A stretch of DNA of 43,646 bases, from NCBI GenBank assembly GCA_031409655.1, contig JANNXQ010000196.1:1-43646 (forward strand), read 5' to 3'. This stretch comes from Chthoniobacteraceae bacterium (GTDB taxonomy: Bacteria > Verrucomicrobiota > Verrucomicrobiia > Chthoniobacterales > Chthoniobacteraceae). Positions 10,401 through 19,000 of the stretch are shown here, piece after piece. The position numbers and the translations under genes were made by a program. Every line of letters starts with the position of its first letter. Position 1 is the stretch's first letter. The notes beneath the pieces are model-generated. The model saw only the letters and a list, made by a program, of their open reading frames with translations. It ran no database searches and was not told the origin of the DNA.

Positions 10401-13400
10401 GCGGGGGCCAAGAGCGCCCTGAATGGCAGTGTCACCAAAGTGACGGCGAACTCGATATCCTCCATCGTGGCTGGGCGCGTCGGAGCACCGCACCTCGCGG
10501 AGACCGTCAGCGACATTTTCGTGGCCGGCACCAATAAGACCCTGCTCCTCGTCTCCAACCAGGCGCTGGTACCGAATGGTGAGTTCAAACTGCGCTTTGG
10601 CCCGGACGAGACCCTGACCCTGCCGGGTGGAGCGACGCCCGCCGCGGTCCAGCAAGCGCTCAATCTTCTCCCCAGCATCGCCGTCCTCGGTGGGGTGACG
10701 GTGGGCTCGGATGGTAATTTTGGCTACGCGGTCGATTTTACGAATCCCGGGAATCGCGCGGAAATCTCCGGCCTTGAGGTGATCGACGGTCTGGTCGAGG
10801 AAAAGATCAAGGGGGCCGTTGGCAACCCCAGTGTCACGTCAAGCATCGACGGCGGATCGGCGCTGCCGGTTGCGGAAGTGCGCTCCGGCCAGGCCAACCT
10901 TGTCGTCGTGGAGACGAATTCGGGCAACGTCGTCTTTGGGACTTCGGAGCAGGTCAGCGGGACCCCCACGAATGCGGAAGTACAGTTGCTCAACCTCGAG
11001 GCGCTCACGCCTTTCCCCACCGGTCAGTTCACCCTTTCGTTTGGGAATTTGGTCACACCGCTCCTGCCCGCCACCGCCGATGCGGCGGCGATTCAGACGG
11101 CGCTCAATACCCTCGCGACGATTCAAAATAGCGGCAGTGTCCTCGTCGCGCTTGCGCCGAACGAGACCGCGCGCTTCACGATTTCCTTCAATCTGGCCGG
11201 GGCCCGCGAAACCATCATCGGCACGCGGTTGTTGCCCGAGATTCAGCGCCTGGACCTCGGTGAAGTGCCCAATTTCTCCAATGCTTCCTTCACCCTGAGG
11301 TTCGGCGGTCAGACCACCGTCCCGCTGCCGGATGATGCGACCGCCGCGGATATCCAGGCGGCCCTGAATGCCCTCTTTCCCATCCAAGCGCTCGTCCCAG
11401 GAAGTAATGGCGGGGTGCAAGTCACTGACCTCGCGGGTGATCAGTTTGACATCAAGTTTGTCAACAAAACCACGGGGATCGGGATCAACGGGGAGCAAAC
11501 CGCGATCACCGGAATCGGCCTCCTGCCAGAAGTCCAGCGGGTGAGCCTCGGAACCCTGCCGGCGGTCCCCGGTGCCACCTTCACCCTGGCCGTCGGAAAT
11601 GAGCGCACGACCGCCATTCCGGCGAATGCGGGGGCCAGTCAGATCCAGGCGGCGCTGAATGCCCTGCCGTCGATCCTCGCCGCTGGTGGCGTGGACGTCG
11701 CGCTCGGTGCGAATGGAGCGGTGAACATCACCTACCGGGTGGCCGGCGACCAACTGGCGCTGACGAGCGACGCGCTGCAAAAAGCGCAGCAACTGATCGA
11801 CCTCAACAGCCTCAGTGGGCTCTCGAACGCGGAGCTCGCCCTCACCTTGAAGAACGCCCTCGAGGTCCTCGAGGCGACGAAGGGGACCGCGCTCAATCTC
11901 GCGATCACCGAGATCCAGCCCGGGCAGTTTAATTTCAGCAGCTCCACGGTGACGAACGGCACCCCGACCACGCAGGAAATCCAGCGGATCAACACCGCGG
12001 CGATTGTCGGAAATGGGGCGCAGTTCACCCTGACCTTCGGCGGGCAGACGACGGCACCGATCCTGGTGGCGACGATCAACGCGCTTACGGTCCAGGCCCG
12101 ACTGAACGCGCTCCCGGTCATTGCTTCCCTCGGAAGTGTGGTCGTCACTGGGGCCACGCCGAATTTCGACATCGCCTTCAGCACCACCGGCGACGTGCCG
12201 TCGATCACCGGCACCGCCGCAGTGCCCGAGGCTCAGCGATTGAACCTCGGCCCGCTTTTTGCCGACCCGACCGGCGAGTTCAGCCTCACCTTCAATGGCG
12301 AGACCACGCTGCCCTTGCCCGTCAACACCGCCGCTGCCCAGGTCCAGGCTGCGCTCAATTTACTCAGCTCGATTCAGGCCGAGGTCACGGGCACGCCGGG
12401 CACCGGGATTTTCGACATCAGATTCGCGAACACCGGGACGCCCGCCAACCAACCCGCGATTATCGCGCTCGGTGGCGGCCTCTCGAGTCACGAGCGTCAG
12501 GCGCTCAACCTCGGCTCGCTCACGGCCTACACCAGCGGCTTCTTCCAGCTCACCTTTGAGGGCGAAACCACGGCACCACTACCGGTGACGGCGACGGCCG
12601 CTCAAATCACCGCGGAGCTCAACAACCTGCCGGCGATCCAGGAGACCCGCGCCGGTCGGACCGGGCTGGTCAGCGTGGCCGCTTCAGGGGCCGGTCGGTT
12701 CGACATCGTTTTCAATTCCTTTGGCGATCAGACGCCGGTGACCGCCCTCGGCGCCGTGGCGGTGGACCGCTATCCAGTGGCCGTTTCCCAAGTCCAGGCT
12801 GGCGTCCAATTACCCGTGCTCGTGAGCGAGACCCGGAGCGGGGATGCCTCTGGCGCGGATGTGGCGGAACTGGTCCGCGGCGGGGTCGGAGTGAGCGAAG
12901 TGCAGCGGGTGGATCTCTCCGCGCTGGCCGGCGCGACGGTGGGGAACTTCACCCTGGCCTTCGGGGTTCTGACCACGCTGCCGATCGCCGTGGATGCCAC
13001 TGCGCTCGAAGTCCAGAACGCGCTCAATTCCCTCCCGACGGTGCAGTTGGCGGGCGGAGTGACGGTGGTGGCTGGCCCAGGCAAGAGCTTCGATGTGACC
13101 TTTGGCCAACAGGCTGATCAAGCGTCCCTGGTCGGGCTGACCCGCGTGGCGGAGACGCAGTTGGTGGATCTGGGCGCCCTGACCGGGGTCGCGGGCGGGG
13201 AGTTTATCCTGAACTTTGGGAACTACTCGACCGCTCCGATCAGCGTCGCGGCGACGGCGGCCCAGGTGGAAGCGGCCCTCGAGGCGATCCCCACTGTGCA
13301 GGCCAGCGGCGGCGTCACCGTCGCGGCGGCTGGTGCCGGCAAATTCTCCGTCACCTTCCAGCAACTCTCGAATATCGCTCCGCTGAGTGGCTTCGGCGGC

Positions 13401-16058
13401 GGAACCACCGGGCACGAGGTGCAGCAGATCGCGCTCGGCAGCCTGGCCGGGGTGACGGGTGGAAAATTCACCCTCACTTTCAATGGTGAGACCACCGCTC
13501 AGCTTCCGGTGACGGCCACGGCCGCGGAAGTCCAGGCAGCGCTCAATGCGCTCGATTCGGTGAAGGATTCCCGCACGGACCGCACCGGCGCAGTGGTCGT
13601 CGCCCTGACTTCGGCCCCGGCCGCTCCGCCGGTCTTCTCAGTTTCCTTCAATATCTTCGGTGATCAGCCAGCCCTTGGTGGAAAGAGTCTGGCCACAGGA
13701 GACCGCACCTTTGCGGCCACGGAATTGCGCGCCGGCACCTCCGGCACTGCCGTCCCGGTGGTGGAGTTGATCGCGGGCACGGGCTTGGTGAAAGAGGTTC
13801 AAACGATCGATCTCGCGGCGGTGCGCGCGAGCACGAGTGAGTTCCAGTTGCGTTTCGACAATAATCCGACCGATGCGACTCCAGCCCGGACCACGGCGTT
13901 GCTCCCGGCGAATGCCACGCCTGCGGACATCCAGGCGGCGCTCAATGCAATCGCTTCGATCACGACCGCGGGTTCCGTGTCCGTGGCCGCTGGCGTGGGC
14001 GACAAGGTGGATGTGAGCTTCTTGTCCTTCGGAAATCAGCAGCCCATCTCCGGATTTGGCGGCGTCCATGAACAGCAGACAGTCGGCCTCGGCAGCCTCG
14101 CCACAGAGGCCAATGCGCTCTATCGCCTGGCCTTTAATGGCGAGTCCACCCGCGCCCTGCCGGTCACCGCGACGGCGGCGGATCTCGATGCGGCGCTCGA
14201 TGCCCTTGCCGCGATCAAGGCGCTCCGGCCCGACAATACCGGTTCGGTGAGCGTCGTGCAGACGCTTCCGGGAGTGTTCCAGGTGGATTTCAACGACCTC
14301 GGAAATCAGTCCGCGTTCGGCGGGGTCGGAGCCGTCTCCATCCAGCCAACGCTCGATGTCCGGGAAATCGTCGGCGGTGGCAATTTTGGCCTCGTCGTCA
14401 GCGAGACTCTGGCGGGGCAGGCGGCGGCCGTTCCGACCGCGATTCTCAGCCCGGGCACCGTCTCCAGTCGCGAGGTTCAGAACGTGGACATTTCCAATGT
14501 CATTGGCCTCTCGAGCGGCATCTTCCGGGTGGCGTTTGGGGCCAATCAAACGGCCTTTCTTTCCCGCCTCACGACGGCGGCGGATCTTTCCTCTGCCCTC
14601 AACGGTCTGCTCTCGGTCCAAAATGCCGGCGGAGTCACCGTCCAGAATGGGGCAAGCAACACCTTCGAGATCACCTTCGTCAGCAATGGCGATCAGGCCG
14701 ACCTCTTCAGCGCCTCGGGTGGAGTGCTCGAGATCCAGCATCTCGACACGGGCCTCCTTCAACTCCCCGGCAACTCGCAATTCGTCCTGCAATTCGGAGC
14801 TAATTCGACCGCGCCGCTGCCGGAGACGGCCTCGCTCGCCACGGTCTCCAACGCCTTAAACCTTCTGACCAGCGTCCAGAATGCCGGAGGAGTGATCGTG
14901 ACCCAGGGTTCCGGTGGCTTCGATGTGAAATTCAACGTCCCCGCAAATCAAGCGGCGATCATCGGTGCGGTGAGCCTGTTTGAACAGCAGTCGCTCGACC
15001 TCCAGAAATTGTCGGCCAACCTCGATGGTCAGTTTCAACTCGAGTTTGGCGGCGAAAAGACGGTCCTCTTGAAGTCCGGGTCGGCCCCGATCCAGGTCGA
15101 GCAGGCGCTCAATAATCTCGCGACCATCAAGGCCCTCGCTCCCGGGAATACGGGGAGCGTCAGTGTGGCCGGAGTGGCTCCGGGTTTGATGAACGTGAAC
15201 TTCAATGTCGCGGGCGATCAGCCTTTGATCTCGGGAACCACCAATGCCGTCGGCGTCTCCGCCAGACTGTCAAACCCGCCGACTCCCGCGGAACTGGAGG
15301 CGGCCTTGGACAGCCTGTCCTTCTTCGATGTCAGCGTGGTCAATGGCTCCCTGCCCGGGACCGTCCTCGTGAACTACTCGCAACTCGGCGACCAACCGCC
15401 GATCATCGCGACCAGTTTCATCCACGAGGAACAGCGGGTGGACATCTACTCAATCGGGACCTTCACCCTGCGCTTTGGCAATGACGAGACTGCGCCGCTC
15501 GCGCCGGACGCTACTGGCGCGCAGATCCGTTCCGCGCTCAATACGCTGCCGTCCATCATCGCCGCCGGCGGGGTCAGCGAGGTGAGCCTCGGCGAAAACA
15601 GCAGCTTCACCGTGGTCTTTGCGGGCGAAAGTGACGTCAACTTCCTCACGGCGACGCAGACGCTCGCACCCATCCCGGTGACCACCACCACCAATGGCAC
15701 CCTCACCGTGCGGGAGAAGCAGAATATCTCCTTTACGGAAAAGGGCGCCTTTGTGGGCGAAGTGACCAACGCATTCGTTGGCTTCAAGGCCGCGAACTTT
15801 GTCGGGGCGATCTACGATTACAACGAGATCGATTCGAATGTCTTCCACTTCATCGAGCAAAACGGCCTCTACACCGAGGGCAATGGCGTCCCCGGCTTTA
15901 ACGCCACGCCGCCTGGCGATATCGCCTTATTCAATGAAGGCGACATGCCGATCGACGGCATCATCATGGCCCGCATCCTGGACCAGAGGACCATCAATTT
16001 CACCCCCGAGGCGAAGTTCACCGCCACCGGCTTCTTCGATTTCAATAACAAGATCTAA
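7440..16058 (+). CDS. Giant surface/extracellular protein A (2872 aa): LEPR-XLL-like N-terminal motif, Gly-rich scaffold, 17 nested EVQ/FTLTFG repeat domains
   Basis: ATG at 7440 gives MKSLPKTGF-IEPLEARIAPA. Many AGxGGxG...GGxGG units, then ~85-aa repeats EVQxxxL...GxFTLTFGGxTTxPLP...ATAAxVQAALNAL...GGVxV...FxVxF...GDQ. Confidence 0.85.
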   Translation: MKSLPKTGFIEPLEARIAPAVIRIGATGIFEDPSDTEYREAGGPRPSPFDALGFTDTSASSDLVSLAVDSALSDNTFFLRLQAGDTVFRLTESSNYKEFITVKTGQVIAFFTDSNGDNEFNDGELTGLSLGANAAVDVNGSVNGDIVTNLDERGTKDRADDTVNLTGLVSPKQGIRSVGVLGGSVFGSVLSGGPILSLTVKTNVENVLAGAAADGVSFDFFKSAGGEGQVSFTAAPGEIGASISNVVVGSITGRLAAGGAGASAKGGSLTNIQVTGDADGFELLAGAGGAGDAPSKKLNGGLGGSVTNVFVSGFVDNSPNNAVVVRAGDGGDAEPTGRGGAGGLLKNINVGFGLVGKTPVQSTPILGDNVTLAAGDGGDGKTGGIGGAASLIEVRVQTSDVQGNEIDLQAGNGGNSISPGGIAGAGGSLRDIELNNVISTPNGDIFVQAGNGGGGGASSRGAAGGSVLNVSLLGFDLQVLAGDGSDGTIGGNAGSVTNVTAVRDNLVVPRNVLINAGHGGVGFQTNGGLGGTVHSVTVEDGNFQSFLINAGLAGDGGDGIGGKGGKGGGVSAVNVSDRDTNFGVTSTLEGEVVLRSGRGGDGAKGGGVGGLMDKVVVTGDNLNMTAIGGSGGDALTLGAGAAGGALSGVQLESFGLVSGKPITGKLEAGDGGDGFGRGAAGGAGGDVRASSSLKLSGDPSVQLANFVGNGQILAGDGGEGQNTVGAVKGGAAGKGGSIIASGLFAEQGAGEMIAGNAGVNGARAGAGGSIVSLNKSATGDQIGLRASTSIKALAGNGSHGGQGGDVIGLSYGSTALLLNPTPSGTILIQAGNGSADGSAAGRGGNINAVNGSLSSGVGMTTQFIAGAGGGSATATKAGAGGTIKDITISRGGAVGAVFTLAAGDAGQAPLAGTGAAGGNVTNVGVTDISAETIFRSVAAGDGGDGTKKAGPGGSISGVDVQQHDIGVRTGEKFGYATMGGLFAGVAGAGAKSALNGSVTKVTANSISSIVAGRVGAPHLAETVSDIFVAGTNKTLLLVSNQALVPNGEFKLRFGPDETLTLPGGATPAAVQQALNLLPSIAVLGGVTVGSDGNFGYAVDFTNPGNRAEISGLEVIDGLVEEKIKGAVGNPSVTSSIDGGSALPVAEVRSGQANLVVVETNSGNVVFGTSEQVSGTPTNAEVQLLNLEALTPFPTGQFTLSFGNLVTPLLPATADAAAIQTALNTLATIQNSGSVLVALAPNETARFTISFNLAGARETIIGTRLLPEIQRLDLGEVPNFSNASFTLRFGGQTTVPLPDDATAADIQAALNALFPIQALVPGSNGGVQVTDLAGDQFDIKFVNKTTGIGINGEQTAITGIGLLPEVQRVSLGTLPAVPGATFTLAVGNERTTAIPANAGASQIQAALNALPSILAAGGVDVALGANGAVNITYRVAGDQLALTSDALQKAQQLIDLNSLSGLSNAELALTLKNALEVLEATKGTALNLAITEIQPGQFNFSSSTVTNGTPTTQEIQRINTAAIVGNGAQFTLTFGGQTTAPILVATINALTVQARLNALPVIASLGSVVVTGATPNFDIAFSTTGDVPSITGTAAVPEAQRLNLGPLFADPTGEFSLTFNGETTLPLPVNTAAAQVQAALNLLSSIQAEVTGTPGTGIFDIRFANTGTPANQPAIIALGGGLSSHERQALNLGSLTAYTSGFFQLTFEGETTAPLPVTATAAQITAELNNLPAIQETRAGRTGLVSVAASGAGRFDIVFNSFGDQTPVTALGAVAVDRYPVAVSQVQAGVQLPVLVSETRSGDASGADVAELVRGGVGVSEVQRVDLSALAGATVGNFTLAFGVLTTLPIAVDATALEVQNALNSLPTVQLAGGVTVVAGPGKSFDVTFGQQADQASLVGLTRVAETQLVDLGALTGVAGGEFILNFGNYSTAPISVAATAAQVEAALEAIPTVQASGGVTVAAAGAGKFSVTFQQLSNIAPLSGFGGGTTGHEVQQIALGSLAGVTGGKFTLTFNGETTAQLPVTATAAEVQAALNALDSVKDSRTDRTGAVVVALTSAPAAPPVFSVSFNIFGDQPALGGKSLATGDRTFAATELRAGTSGTAVPVVELIAGTGLVKEVQTIDLAAVRASTSEFQLRFDNNPTDATPARTTALLPANATPADIQAALNAIASITTAGSVSVAAGVGDKVDVSFLSFGNQQPISGFGGVHEQQTVGLGSLATEANALYRLAFNGESTRALPVTATAADLDAALDALAAIKALRPDNTGSVSVVQTLPGVFQVDFNDLGNQSAFGGVGAVSIQPTLDVREIVGGGNFGLVVSETLAGQAAAVPTAILSPGTVSSREVQNVDISNVIGLSSGIFRVAFGANQTAFLSRLTTAADLSSALNGLLSVQNAGGVTVQNGASNTFEITFVSNGDQADLFSASGGVLEIQHLDTGLLQLPGNSQFVLQFGANSTAPLPETASLATVSNALNLLTSVQNAGGVIVTQGSGGFDVKFNVPANQAAIIGAVSLFEQQSLDLQKLSANLDGQFQLEFGGEKTVLLKSGSAPIQVEQALNNLATIKALAPGNTGSVSVAGVAPGLMNVNFNVAGDQPLISGTTNAVGVSARLSNPPTPAELEAALDSLSFFDVSVVNGSLPGTVLVNYSQLGDQPPIIATSFIHEEQRVDIYSIGTFTLRFGNDETAPLAPDATGAQIRSALNTLPSIIAAGGVSEVSLGENSSFTVVFAGESDVNFLTATQTLAPIPVTTTTNGTLTVREKQNISFTEKGAFVGEVTNAFVGFKAANFVGAIYDYNEIDSNVFHFIEQNGLYTEGNGVPGFNATPPGDIALFNEGDMPIDGIIMARILDQRTINFTPEAKFTATGFFDFNNKI
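10572..15734 (+). repeat. Intragenic block of 17 degenerate ~85-aa repeat domains plus 17 ~12-13-aa VxExxxG linker units
   Basis: Counted from the translation: 15 intact domains, one split domain and one circularly permuted domain. Linker blocks of 5, 3, 3, 2, 3 and 1. Confidence 0.8.
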
Positions 16059-16084
16059 CCCCCTTTCCCCAACCGCCCACCGCC

Positions 16085-19000
16085 ATGATTGACCACCCTC
16101 TTTCCCGCCCCGGCATCGAACCCCTCGAAGCGCGCATCGCCCCAGCCGCGCTCCTGCCGACGATCAGACAGGCGGAACTCGCCTATGACGCCAATCCGAA
16201 TGGCGATCGACACTTCGTCAAAGCCCAGCATGGCGAACCGATCCTGTTAAGTGCGGGTCAGGTCCTTTCGACCGGTCTGGCTGCGCGCGACGGCACCTAT
16301 CTGCTCTTCGTCGAAAAAGGCGAGGCGCTGGTCTTCCTGACCGATCTTAACAATAACAACGAAGTCGATTTCAACGAGATCACTGGGATCGCGGCGGGCG
16401 AGGGGCTGCGCTTCACCAGCTTTGTCGATATTCACGGGGACATTGTCACAAACTACGACGCCGATAAAACGCTGAGCGATTCCAGCATCAGCTCGATCGG
16501 TGAGGAGTTCACCAAAGGCGACGGTCTTCTGCTGAACAATTCGCGCATCGAGGCGATCACCCTTCGCTCGCTGACGATCAATGATCTCACCGACCAGAAT
16601 GCGGACGGTTTCGTGGATGCGACCGATGTCGGCTTGCGCCTGGCGCTCTCCAGTTACTCCATCCACGGTCAGGTGCTCGCGGGAAGAGGGTTTGGAGTGG
16701 TCGGTGATGTCACCAGCGGTCTGCTCGTGGATGTCGCCGGCAATGCCGATCAACTGACCAAATTCAACGGCCAGGGTCTTACGTATTACATCCCGTCGAA
16801 GCCCACCATCGGCGCCATCCGCACCGGCACCGCTGCCTCCGGTGAGTATTTCAGCTTCGGCATTTCCCGGGCGGACAATATCCAGGGCAACCTCAGTAAC
16901 TTCGCCGTGACCAAGAGCGCCCCGGGCGGGGATATTTATAACATTCGCTCGGCCGCGAAGGGCGCCTTTAACGTCTCGGGCTTTTATGCCGGGAACGGCG
17001 GGATCGGCGCTCGCGGTGGTAATATCGACACGGTCACCTTGAGCAATGACGACGCTTCTGGTTATCAGATCATTGCGGGCAATGGCGGGTCTGGGGCCAC
17101 GGGCGGGCAGGGGGGATCAATCCTGGGGTTCACGGATCTGGGCTCGAGCACTGGACAGGTGCTGCTCGATGTCGGCGATGGTGGGTCCGGCACCACGGGG
17201 AGTGGTGGAAATGGGGGGACGCTCGGCCTTGGCACGATCACCACGACGATTCCGGGCGTGCCCTCGGTCACACCGCTCACGAATATCAATGTCAATGCCG
17301 GCTTCACCATTGCTCTCGGCGATGGGGGTTCGGGTTTCACCTCCGGCGGCAATGGCGCCAGCTTGACCAAGGCGGTGCTGTCAACGCCGGAAGGTTCGGT
17401 GGAGTTTGGTCGCGCCGTGGTCTCCACCACCCGTGACCCGCTGCACAATCCGGTGGATGGAAAGATCATCCGCGATCCGAATTTTCCCGGCATCATCGGG
17501 CGGACACTCCCGGTGGATTTCGATCAGGACGGCTTTACCGATGTCGTCTTCACCACGAGCAGCCCAGAGCAGTTAGTCGTGCAATTTGGCGATGGGCTCG
17601 GTGGCTTCCGGCTCAATCCGCTGACCAATCGTCCAGACCGAATCTATCTGGACGGCCCGATCGGGGCGGAAGCGCTGGCGGTTGGTGATTTCAATGGCGA
17701 CGGCCACCATGATATCGCGGTCGGTTCATCGGAAGTGGGTAACTACGCCGGCATCACGGTCTTCCTCGCCAAGTGGGAAGACGCCAATGCGAACGGGTTG
17801 ACCGACGCGGAGGACGTGAACAAAAATAGAAAGGACGACTTTCAGGGCTTCTATACCGGACGCACCAGCGTGCTTCCCTCGTTGTCCAGCGGCGACGCCG
17901 CGGGTTCGCCGATTCTCGACACCTCCTACCGCTACACCCGCTCCGCGAATGCGATCAACGATCTCGTCGTCGGTGACTTCGATGGGGACGGCTTTACCGA
18001 GATCGCGGTGGTGGCGACCCATATCACGATCGGGGCCGGTCTGACGGGGCGTCAGAATCAGGTCGTGATGGTGCTGACGGCGGATCAGGAGTTGGGGGCG
18101 GATGGCAAGGTCCGCCAGACCGGGCAATTCTATGCCGATGTTGGCACCCGCGGCACTTCAGTGCCGAATGTCGGCGCCAATCCCTTTGTGCCATTTGTCG
18201 CTCTCGGGGGCTCGAACGACGCCCGGATCGAGGCGACCGCACTGACGAGCGCGCCGTCGGCCTTTTCCTCGGTCGGAAATGTGGTGACCTACGATGTGAT
18301 TGTCGGCACGACCGTCCTGGGGACGAATTCCGTCAACAACAGCACCAACACCCAAATCACCGGTGGGATGCTCATCATGGATTTCTCGTTCAAGAGCCCC
18401 TACGGGCCAACGCTGAGCGGGGTGTCATTTGGAAGTGTCGATACCAACCGGGAGTTAACGAAGCAGGCTGGGACGCCTGCCTTCGTAAAGGATTTTACGA
18501 TCGTCGATTTCAATCAGGACGGAAACGCCGACTTCGTTGCCATTACGGAGGCACCAGCCGGATTTCTGCTGGCCGCTCAGGGCGATGGGCTCGGGAACGC
18601 GATCGTGGTCACGAAGAATCCTTTTACCTCTGACAACGCCGGCTTTTTCCTCGGCCCGCAGGGGTACGGCATCGGGACGGACCAAGTGTCTCTCCGCCCC
18701 ACGGAACTGCTCGGCTACGGGACCCTCTTTCCCATCCCGGGCCTGCCCTTGCCACCCGGACAACCGCCAAATCCGCCGCTTGACTATGTGGTCGATGCTT
18801 TTGACACCACCGATCCCGGCAAGATGGATGACGTGGCGGTGCTCAACTACTCCATCGGACGCACTTCTCCAGGGCCAGGGGCCAATTATACGATCAACGA
18901 GTTCTCGATCTGGGATTTCACCCTCGCAAGTGCCGGTCGTCTGGTCGTTGACAATCCCGGCGTGGATTTCAGCTTTGATCTGGCCTTTGGCACCGTCAGG

